From assembly GCA_040954595.2 (NCBI GenBank), contig CM082583.2, positions 8,244,849 through 8,308,848 of the forward strand: a DNA stretch of 64,000 nucleotides, written 5' to 3'. Below the pieces are notes generated by a model. It had not been told where the DNA came from, did no database searches, and saw only the letters and a list, made by a program, of their open reading frames with translations. This document shows positions 46,713-58,700 of the stretch, piece after piece. Source of the stretch: Balanoglossus misakiensis. Lineage: Eukaryota; Animalia; Hemichordata. The first letter of the stretch is position 1. Every line of letters starts with the position of its first letter. The translations under genes and the position numbers were made by a program.

Positions 46713-49700
46713 ATGTACCATCAAAACCGATCGAGAAGTCGAGCAACCTTGGTAACCAAAGATGTAAGTAATATTGCCGTTCACAGGAAACAACTGTTAT
46801 GAAGACTTTTGTTGTATACGGTGGTGGCATATTGAGTTAGTTAACAGTTTGACTTTCCGTACCTGTACTACGACTAGAAAAAGTGAACAAATCAATGTTT
46901 TTATGTTGTCAAGAAGAACTTCCCTAGGCTGATCTGGGGGTTAGGGGGAGGAGTGTCCTTGGTTGACTGCGCGGATCCATAGCCCCCCCCCCCCCCGGCT
47001 CCCAAGTAGGTAACACGAACAGCCAAGAGCCGAGGGAGTGATAGGGCTATGGATCCATAACGCGATCATCAAACTTGTGAACCACTGATATATGTAGCTC
47101 TGCGTGGCAGGGCTATGATATATGTACATATGATATATACATGATACATATCTGCATACAAACGTACATACTCAGCTCAGATTCTGTTACATTGTACCAC
47201 GGTTACTCTTCTTTGGTTTCAGATAAATCCATTTGGAGTCCAGCTCAGCCTACAAGCCTCAGCCACAACCGTCAATGAACGTCCTATGAAACAGGTAAGA
47301 AATCATGCTTTCACGAGGTGACAGTGATGTAGAAAATTGCTAACAGTTGGCAAAGACAGCCAACTGCGAGTAAACATTTGCTCACTGTGATTGTGAAATG
47401 ATAATTTCAATGGAAAGTCAGGGAAATTACAGTGTACAGTACCGCTCTATACAACGCCATCACCTTGTCAGAAATTGACAGAACGTAATTCAAACAAATG
47501 TGTACTTGAAATGAAAGTTTTATTTTTTTTTGTCAAAACGCTGAAACCCAAATTATCAATGCCCCCCACTACCAGTAGCATAAATCAAACGGATTGTGTT
47601 TGTGATGAATTACACTTCATTAGTACATACTTTACAAAGGATTATCATCAGTATTATGGCAATATCGCAGGCATGATTTAATTGTGCCGTCATTCTTACA
47701 TGAATGCATTGGCAACAGTTAATATGTGACACTTCCAATCATCCGTTTCATGAAAGCGTAATCACACAGTTTATTACCCCACGAGCAGTATGAAAGTGGA
47801 CATGTGTTATTGATTGCTTTCTACCATGGTTTTGTGTTTTAGTGCCAGAAGTATTGAAGGGCAGATCAATTAATCAATAATTACCAGTGTCAGAGAGAAA
47901 TAATACTTCAGGATGTCAGCTGAGTTTTAACATAACACTGCTTGTAGACACATCTATGTATTGATATGTTGCCTGACATCATTTCTATCACTGGAAAGTA
48001 AAGTCTCATGCCACTGTGAATATATGCATGGACAATGAGCCACTATCATGAAGACTTTCCCAGCTCAAGAAAGTTGTGAGGACCTCAAGTGAATATCAGT
48101 GTAGGGCCCTTGTGAACTTAGTGCCCCTGTGAACTTAACTGGTTATCCTTTGTCAGATGCAGTCTTTTTTGTATACGCAGAGAATGGTCTTCCCTCAAGT
48201 GGCTCGGTAGCTTTTTTTTATTTGATGTAAGCTTCTTAAGCCTGCTTTAGAAAGGGGTGTGGTGTTCTAGACTAGTCATTTCAGGTTGCACAGATGAGCT
48301 GAACATAAAACCTATTTTATGATGCCCTATTCAAAGCGAAATAATTCTCCTGTACATGGTGAATCAAGGATTACCGATTTTGTTTTCACAATGCAAAACC
48401 AGATTTTCTCACAGAACTGACAGTGGTAGGAATTTGTTCTAGCAACCTCTGTGAGAATCTGTCAATTGCTCATGAATATTGTGGAAACCTCCCCTCCTCA
48501 GACATTTCTGTGTACAGAACAAGGCTACATAGCTCAGGGATATCAGGAATAGAAGCTCTAAATAATAACAAACTGGCCAGAGGTCATAAATTATGTTTTC
48601 TTCATTTTTGGCTACTACAGCATAGGTTTAACTAATTCAGTAGTTTTCCAACACATGCACCTGTATTTGAGCTTACACGAGATAGGATCACTAAATAAGC
48701 ATACCCATTCAAAACTTTTGATACTGTGATACACAAGTAGGCTACCACTAAGCCTATCCCAGGTCAGTGTTTTTACACAGCGCATGAAGAGTGTATTGTC
48801 TGATTTTAAATTATACCGTACATAGAAGTCTGGCCTGATTTTGGAATTCAATAACACAATTTCAAATTACACTTAATGTACTGCAGGTATGGAGACACTC
48901 AGCGGTTGCCAAGCACCAAAGCAGACAAGTGTTTATGTTGTTACAGAAATAGTTTGTCTAGTTACAGGTCTGACCTCTGCTCTGACAAAGACATCAATCA
49001 TATCTTGGTAATCATTGTGTTGACTAGCGATGGAAAAGTGTTCATGTCTGTGAAACTCTCTCTCAGCCAACTTTTCTCGTACAGGCCGTGATCATCTGAT
49101 GCCAAAAAATTGTCCATAAATAATGCTAGGAAATTGTTCGTAGTTGCTAGTAGTTGTATGAATTATCTCAGATCTGTATGAATGATCTTTATAAACAGTT
49201 GTCTCCACAACCATAGATAACTACAGGTATACATGATGTCATAAAACCTGTAAATAAGTACATGTATATATGACCACAGAGTCATTTCCCTAAATAGCAC
49301 AGAGCAGCAATACAGGCACCTGTTCCTCTTTGGCCATCAACATTATTTATTCAAGGTAGACCTCGAGGGCAGGACTTTGAACTGTTGCTTCATGAACCCC
49401 TTTTTTCATTATTTACTTTTGATAGTCAAGTTTATGTTATTATTTACAAAGGCATACTACAAGTCTGGCAGTTTCAAAATATATTCTTAGAAATTCAGGT
49501 ATGCCCATTTCCCCATAAAATTAACATGGATTTAGCAGGCACAGTGATGTAATGGTTCCTTTTCTGAAAATTTTAAGAAAATAACAATACCACAGTAGCG
49601 TTTTCTCGAAATTCTACTCACAAAGGCTGTGAAATGTGATAACCACCCATTACCTCTGGGTAGTCCCCTACAGTAAAATGGACAGTGCTTTCAAAATTGA

Positions 49701-52700
49701 GAACAAAATATAATTTCGTCTCACACGGAATGATTCCATTGAACTTACAATAATGACAGGAAGCACTCAGCTCCACCCAAGCAGGTGCACTCTCCATTAT
49801 AGAAACACGTAATGATGGTGTTGCCAGTAGCAACGCAATATGTACCGTAATAGCTCTTTAATTTCCTGTGAAAAACTTTCACTCAGATCAGAGTAACATG
49901 TAAATATAGCCCCCCACTGGAAGACGGTTTCAATCTGCTGGTGTCAACAGTAGCACGTACCAGTTTGATGATCACACAGCAGAGTTTGAGGGCCAGTCTA
50001 CCAATGGCTTGGCGATACTTGCAATGCTGAGTATAAATGGACAAGTCTTTATAATGTGTGGATTGCAGGTAGGAAATAGGTGAAATAACCACTTCTCGGA
50101 TTCCAGCTGGAGAAACTCTTTACGTCATTTGACAATTTTGATGGCTTTTGTAATGTCGTGCCGTGCCCATTGTTGGTAATATTCAATTGTTGTGAAAAGG
50201 TGTGTAAAGATTCTGTTTAGTCCGGTATTATTCCGGAAACTGGATTCCGACACAATCTCCTGCTATTGACAACAGTCTTCTGTTCGTAAGCAGGTGATGT
50301 TTATCTAGCCAAACAATGAAGTCTGTCCAAAGTTAGTCCACAGCAAAGCTACCCTAAAGTTTGACACCTAACTTTAGTCGTTCTTTGGTTTCACGGCCAT
50401 CATTTTCCAGTTAGTTGTGTGTGTGTGTAAACCTGTGTATAACATATTCTTGGATTTTTTCAGAGAAAGTTGCATTTATCTAATGACATTGACATGATTA
50501 AGCATTATAGTTTGAACAGTGGACTGAATTTGAAATGGCAACCCCAGAGATTTTTTCCCCCATCGTGTGCCCCTTGTAGGGTCCAACTAGAAGAATTATG
50601 ATTGTTGCCCGTTGACATGATTTATTGAAAATAGTGCCCTCTATGGCCAGATTGGGCACAAATACGTAATTTCACCCATATTCTAATACAGCATCGGCGT
50701 TGCACCTGCTTGTCCAAATGCATTGACAGATTCACTTGGGCATTACTAATCATACAGAATGCACCCCGTTTAACTCTTTTGTCAGTCAAAGTCAGTGCAC
50801 CAGTCATTGTAACTCCGGATGCTCGTACTTTACGTAAAAACTGAGCCCACTCTTTGACTAAATAGCGTCATAATAGAGTGTAGTACAGTTAAACGCTGCG
50901 TAAAGCGACTTATCTCGAATGGCAGGTGTCTAAAGTGGATGTATACGAGGCAATAAACGCATAAGTGACTTTCAGCGTTCGTGTCCTGGTCTTCCTGTGT
51001 ACGGCTCTCGGACGACCACGCCAGCTTCCTATTTCCCTGCGTGCCGTTTGTTGTGTCAGCGCTATGGAGATGATCGCAAGGATACCGGCTGTTGCTCTGT
51101 AGACCTTCCATTCCGTCTGCAGCTTTAGATACGTCGTGTTATTTCATTTGAACGATGGAACATCATAGCGAGAAGACTGAAAAGGGAGAGTACCAGTTTG
51201 GAAGATGTCGGGGTCATTTTGGGAGGGGGGGGGGGAGAGAAACACATATGTCACAGTGAAGAATTGCTGTCTGCTGAATATAAGTTTTACCAAGTGAAAT
51301 AATTTTCTGTTTTGTTCTTTACAGAATCCTGATTTTCGTTTGACTAGAGATCAGTCTGCCGCTTTCCGTCCGAATGATGTCCACGGCAGAAGATCGGGCG
51401 AACATACGCCAGAAAGACACTCAGCGTCGCCGCATTTCAGTGAGTATTATGTTAATGATAACGACCTTGCCCTTGTGCTGTTTGAATGTTACCCTGTCAT
51501 CATCATGGTTTTGCCCTATCCCGTTGTTTTCACTAGAAAGGCAGACCTCTATATTAGGTAAATGGGGGTGAAACATTATGAATGGGAGCTTGACAGCATA
51601 TGCATGGCTGGCAACATGTAGAAATGATGAGCGAGTTGAAAAAAACAACTGAAAATTGTTAGGGCTGAATTTCCAATGGTGTTTGTGACAGTGACGTATT
51701 GTATGACTTTGTTGAACTGCAGCGAGATGAAAATTGACGGGAAAAATCAAGAATTTAAGCGTTTTTGTGTGTTCTGTTGCACAGATATGCCAGAACAGGT
51801 TCAGCGATTGGCCACCGGCAATGGAAGTAGTCGCAGGCAGATTCACTACCCATCGACGGCGTACGCTACACAGCTGACCGACCTGACTCAGCCGGACTCG
51901 CAAGACGTCCACTCGGACAGCGACGAGAACGCCGCCTTGGCACAGCACACCAGGGTGATCCAGAGCGCTGGCGGATCCAACGTCAGGCAACACAAAAGTA
52001 GTACTCATCTGCCAGGTATGTTTTAGATACTAGAGAACAGATGTGTTCTCAGTTCGGTGTTTGTGGCTGTCGTTTATTGAGTTTGTGAAACTGTTCTCTC
52101 AGGTCAAGACAGTAATGTCAAGAATTGATTCAAATCTCGCTAGATATTTTTATACGCTGCTGCAGTAGATGTAGAATTTATTATTGATGAATGCAATTGA
52201 TGTGAACAAAAGATATTCATCATCTTGCCACAAGAGGGCAGTCACCAAAATCCCTGATGGTGCATAAACTCGAAGAGCGCTTGCTGCTATAATTAGACAA
52301 AACTTTTCTTGCGTATTCGCATCATGAAAAAATCCATACACACGTTCTTGCATGTTGAACGAAACACTGTGATTGAGCTAGCTATAATTGTGTGAGACTG
52401 TTTTGCCTGCAGTACAATACATTAGTCTTCTCTTGTATGCCGTTTGTCGATAAAAAATGATTAAGGCATAAATTGCATGTATGAGCTCTTTCAGTGCCAT
52501 TGCCAGCTATTCAAATTATTATTTTCAAGTTATGAACAAAATTACACTTGGAATTGTAATTTCCAGGCTTGATTCATTTCAGCCAATAATTACCCAAACA
52601 TTTAATGAGTATGACTAGAAAAAGAAAACAAAACACAAAACAGTAATTATAGTGCTGGCTCTGAAAGAGTTGTGAATATTGAATGGCTTGAATTCACTGT

Positions 52701-55700
52701 CTTTCTGTAAAAAAATAATAAAGCAAGCTTACGACTCGAGCATATATGTTGACTACCATTTCTATACTATACCCTATCTGAGCAGGTTCCTTACATAAAA
52801 AGTGTGACATTGCATGTCTGCGTATGTGACTAATGTTGTTTTTTTGTTTTTATAACACACACTGTTTTACCAGGTATTGAGGCTCCACCGACCTGTACAA
52901 TTGTTATCACAAACCATCCTAATGCAAAACCAGGTATCACGTTCTATCTCTAACACAGTTCTCTCTTCTTTTGGTTGCCATTTGTTTTTTGTGATGTATT
53001 TTGTTGTCCCCCCGCCTTGTGTGAGGCTGTTCTTACGAAAATCAGCCGCTTGCATGTCTGGATTTTCTTCAGAACAGTTCATTGAAGTGGCATGGCATGT
53101 CAGTGCAGCTTGTGTGCAAAAATTGCTTGAGTGCTGGGTTGTGTTTCTAAACTGCATGTGAAGACGTCGTCATAATTAATCTGTTTTCACGGGCACAGAC
53201 AGTACAAATTTCGTGACCAGCCTTCCAGTGATAGATTTCTGTAGTGCAAGTGTACACTGTCTGTAATCCAAGTTTAATCTGTCTGTATGCAACACTATCC
53301 TTTCATATCTTGAACACTGCCATCTGTCTAGTTCACACTGAGCACCATCACACAATTTCTTACACTAGTACAATGTGCATGTGTAAAATATACACAAGTG
53401 TTTGCAGTATTTAGATGTACAGTGTCTCTTGGTATGGCAGACACTGCCCAGAAACAGGGCTTTAGTTGGTAGCACTTGTCACTGTCCAAAGCTTTTCTTT
53501 TCTATTTTCTTAATCTTCATTGCTATAAAACCTTATCAGTTACCATGGATAGCGCTGGATCCAGTAGTATAACCACTTGAAATTGTCTATACTTGTGTTG
53601 GATAAATGAACTTTTCCTACACAGAAGCATAGGCTATCCACAGCTTATGGCAAGAGATCTTAGCATACACAGATCACTCAGTACAGGATTCACTATTGGC
53701 AATTATAGTATATAAAATGTCTCTTTCTTTTTACGCAAGATTTCTTTTCACAGTTGAAATCCCTGTCTCAGTTAACGTTTTCATTCCACATCATCAAATC
53801 TCACCCGAATAACCATAAAGCGATCACATTATTTTACAGATTTTCCAACTTTTTGTATATCAACCAATTTGATGTTGTTCCCTGAATGCTTGCTGAATAT
53901 GCTATTGTTAATGGACAGGCTAGCTCATTCTGGATCGGCAGACACAGGGCTGCTACAGCATCGACCATGCTGTCATGCTTTGTATATGCCCACCCAGTAT
54001 GAACAAGTCAGTGTGTGATATGTGTGTGTATATTATATGTGTGTATATTCGTGGCAATATTATTTCGTATGTGGATACCAAAGTCCGTCTTCTTTTCCAG
54101 AGAGTCATGGTGATGTAGAAAATTTACAAGTCCCAAGAAAAAGTATTTTCATGGACATTGTCTTTCTGAACTTCAATTCAGTACATTTCGTAGCAAATTC
54201 AAATTCAAGTAGATATGGATGTATTGTTTCCAGTCGTAGAAAACACTGCTGTGCAGTGGGTGAGGCGAACTGACAGAAATGAAAATGTTGGTCTTTACAG
54301 GTGATAGAGTCATCTTTGCTGAGAGTCCATCAGTGCCGGGAATACCCATTGTTTATAGAACACCAGAAGAAAGAGGGGCCAATCCAGACAGACTTAATCT
54401 AGACAGGTAAACCAATAAGATGTCTTTATGCAGGTTATTGTAGCATACTCATTGACAGTGAGAAATAACGACAATATTACCGAGATTCTGACCAAATTTC
54501 AGGGGGAAATTCCTAATTGTGGTTGCATACAAATAATTTGGTCAAATCCGGACCTGTACCATGTATAAAATCACTTAGTGTATTTGTATTTATTTTTTGT
54601 TTCAACAGGAGGAGGTTGACAGTATGTCCCATCCTAGAAGGAGAGGAACATTTACGTCTCCTTAACTTCCAGCACAACATGATCACCAAGATACAGCATC
54701 TCAACAACTTAAGGAGGCTGATATTCCTGGACCTCTACGACAACCAAATTGAAGAGATTTCAGGATTGAGTTCCTTAAAGTCGTTGAGGGTACTGATGTT
54801 GGGAAAAAACAGGCGAGTGAATTTTTGGGGTTCTCAACTAATACACATTCCATAATTTTGTAATTTTTTTGGGTGGTACTAAAAATCCATTGATCACTTT
54901 CCATTATCTGAGATGCCTTATATCATGTGTGTTTACACAATTTGACTGTGGGTCCTTTAAATTTTATGTCCACAGAATCAAAACTATTGAGAACCTTGAG
55001 ATGCTAATCAAACTGGACGTGTTGGATCTCCATGGTAACCAAATTAGCAGAGTTGAGAATCTCTGCCACCTGGGCGAACTTCGAGTACTGAACTTGGCCG
55101 GAAATATGATCAGCCATGTAGATAACCTGTCTGGTATGGACTCGCTGGCCGAGTTGAATTTACGAAGAAATAGGATATCAACTGTGGTGAGTAGCTTTTA
55201 CTCTTGGTTTTTTCACGATAGGCAGTCCTACTGTAATACGTCATAAAGCATCATACCATATTTCTGAAAGTAAAATAAATTATTTATGGTATTGTCACTT
55301 TTCCAATAACGTACCAACTGATCACAGTGTTTAATTGACATGCTTCAGTTAATTTTAAATTATGGATTACTTAAGAAGCCAGTTCCTATTAATGGTGTAA
55401 CGCCTGGTGCATTGATGTTTTTGACAAATTAATATTGATCTGTAGTAATCCATGTATAAAATGACCTGCCCAGTCTGTCTTAATAACTAGTTATTCAGAA
55501 AAGAGATTTGTACATCAGTGGAAGTGTGTGTGGGTTTTGTGATATTATGACGTCTTTGGATTTAGCAACTGTTAATTCTACAGACACGTGCGCTGTCTTG
55601 AAATTGACATTGCTTTGCTTTTCAATTTCAGAATGATGCAGATAATTTGCCGAATTTACAGAGGTTGTTTCTTAGTTTTAATCAAATAACAAGGTAAGCT

Positions 55701-58700
55701 GTTTGCTGCTGTGTACATCATTTTCTAAATGTCGGTAGAGAGCTGCCCCGTGAGAAATGACAATATTTCCTGTGTCATGAAATGCAATTAATAATTTATA
55801 ATTAACCCATCAACATTGAAAAAAATTGAAATCTGATAGTTTATAGTGAAGTATGTTATTAAAATTTTTTGATGCATGAGGAGTTGAATAGATAATTACA
55901 AATTTAGTATTTGTAAATTTACATGTTAAGTTCATTTTCCATATTCTTTCATAACCCTAAGGATGAACCATTCTAGGCATGGCAGTGTATTTTAAAGAAT
56001 ATCTTTTGCTGGGTGACCTGCTTTGTGTGGGTTCACGCAACACAAGTATTCAATTATTCATCACACAGCTTATGAGAATGTAATTTGTCTGCTTGAATTA
56101 TGGAGGTACCTGTGCCGTGTTTTCTAATCCGTGTTGTTTAATTCTGTCCTCGCCCCTGCAGTTTTGACGACATTCAGTGCCTGTCGGACTCGGTGTCGCT
56201 CTCCGAGCTGTCGCTCGATGGCAATCCGTTCTCACAGGAACAGTACTACAAGCAGACCGTCCTGCGCTTCATGCACCAACTCCGACAGTTAGACATGAAG
56301 AGAATCACAGTAAGTGGAGCTTTTCTACTCAATGTTTAATAACGCTTGTCTGTGCCGGTTGTTGGGACTGTTCAAGTGTTGGGGGTCGTGTCTTCAGGCG
56401 AACGATCAAACCTGCTGAGTCAGGGTTCTGTGACTGGGAATCCCTCAAGGCCACCTGTTATGTGGAAATACAGATCTTTGCAATCTTTGCATTTGTATTC
56501 CTTCTTTGTAAAATAATTTTGGGTCCATCTCAAAAATTAGGAGTTTGGAGAGCGACTGCTCAATTTAATACAAACCTGCATGCTGACTAGACAAAATCAT
56601 TGCATTTGGATAGATGACTGTGTGTGCCTAAGTGCATGGTTGAACACAGACATAAAATTGAGAATTGGATATCATGATAGAATGTTTAAAAGATTACCAA
56701 TTGTAAGATGAATTTCATTTTCTCCAACCCAGGAAGAAGAAAGGAGGATAGCCAATGTGATGGCGAGAAAAGAAGATGAAAGAAAGAAAGAAAACAATAA
56801 AATAGCACTTATGAAAGTAAGATACAGTAATATTGTCACGCATGTGTACATAGATGTCTCAGTAGGGTTAATAAGTAATTTCCATTCCTAAACTTAATTT
56901 TCTGGAAATTGTTTGAACTGACTAAGAAAATTTTAATGTCTTCTTAAAATGTCAAGTTGCGAATTTATTGAAAAGTACAGGAGGTAGTTCATAAGTTGAC
57001 AGTGGCTATGAAGAAAATATCTTCGATTTTGTATTTGTACACACACAGAATTTGATTTTTTTTCTAGTCTGTGTTTTGTTACCAAGAGATTTTTCCTGAG
57101 AAACAAGAATGTAAAGTAAGCGTTAAATATCAGTTGATTTGCCATAAACTAGGTTTAACCCTTGACACCCCGTTTCCCTATGAATGGTTCTGACTGTGCC
57201 TTCCAAAACAATGGGATTGAACCACATTGTGGCGGGTGGCAGGGGTCAAGCTGTGACCTCTTATTTGTGTACGTGGCTGCATGACAGGCACAACATCTAA
57301 CACACAGCTCATTAACCGGCCGCAGATCATGCTGTGTCGTCTCTCCTCGCCCGCATATCATGTCTCTGCCGTCGTACATCAAGTACCGGACTTTCCACGC
57401 CAAGTCCGCCACTCTGTTCGCGCAGGGGAAATGTCCCGCGGTCGCCCCCAGGTCCTTCAGCGCTAAATCTGCCACTCTCTTCACGCAGGAGAAGCGCCGA
57501 ATAGCAATAAACAATGCTGCCAGACAGTGGGAAGTCACCCAGGGCACGGCCATGGCCAAGACGATACGACTGCAGCCGGGACCCCTCACATCTCAAACCA
57601 ACCTCACGACGTACGCCAGCAATAGCAGTGTGTCGCCAATCGATGTGGACGATTCCCGACCTGACACTGGGTAAGCGCAACCCTCTGTGTGTCTCTGTCA
57701 GTCGTTGTCTTGTTCTTGATTTTGTTTTGTTTGTTGGTAAACAATACAGTAAACATGCTTATTTTTTTTGTGATATCCAGTACTAGTGATGACATGAAGA
57801 CGAGTTGTTTGGTCTTGACCCAAGTGCTCTTTTCCCTCAGGTATTTCCTGCACTGACTTTTCCTTGGTTTCAGTGCACCCGGCGTGGTTTTTTCTCTCAT
57901 CTCTGATTCCGGACTTTGGTTTTGCTCCGATCCCGAGTCACCAAAAGCATGCCCATACAAAGACACGCACACTGTTGTGATTTTCTGTTTAGCACGCTGT
58001 ATATTTTTCCACCGATGCATGCTTGGGTGTGCGTTTGACACAGTATAAAGATTTCACCTTAAAATAAATTTACAACGTAACTCACAGAGTGCCATACAAG
58101 AGCATCGGATTACATGAAATGGCTGTCTGACTATCTCCTGCAAAACAGTTAGAAATCGACCGCGTAGTAAGAATCTGTTTTCACAAAGAGACACTTGAAA
58201 GGTAGTCGTCTCGATGCCCGTGGTTGCCACACAACAGTAGTGACCTCCTTAAAGATGATTAACCTGGGCAGGAGTCGAAAAACAGTTATATTGTTGTGAT
58301 GTGCGAAGTGAGTGCTTGCCGAGCAAACAGTGTCTGAATGCCACTGCCTGGTTATTACCCCCACCCGAATGGATTGCAGCATCCACATGTGGCCACTTCA
58401 GATGAAAATAGAGGTGCAAACATGGAAGGTCACGGAGGGGTCAGAATGTCATGCACATGAATAACACAGGGAGGGGATATACTTCCCATCTAATCCATTC
58501 AGGTCTGGCTATTAGAATACAAATGTACCTTTGTGTGGGGGCTGGTATTTCAGATGTCAGTCCTGAAAAGATTAACCACTTTCGAAGAAGGGTATTACGT
58601 TGTTATGGTCTTAGGTTGGCGAAATCTGAGGAGATTTGCCTGGGCCCCTCCAGCCTTGATAACTTTTCACGTGGACAATATTTTAGCCCCTTTGAAAGTC

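Noticed and set aside
49350-49740. Possible decayed interspersed repeat in LRRC49 intron 2
   Set aside because: Impression only; no second copy, TIR or TSD could be verified within the window.
51421-52008. 195-aa minus-strand ORF
   Set aside because: Antisense shadow of LRRC49 exons and intron, with no recognisable domain.
57786-57856. Intronic C/D snoRNA candidate (GTGATGA...CTGA)
   Set aside because: Negligible terminal stem and no recognisable rRNA guide; better explained as a cassette exon. snoscan or Rfam would settle it.
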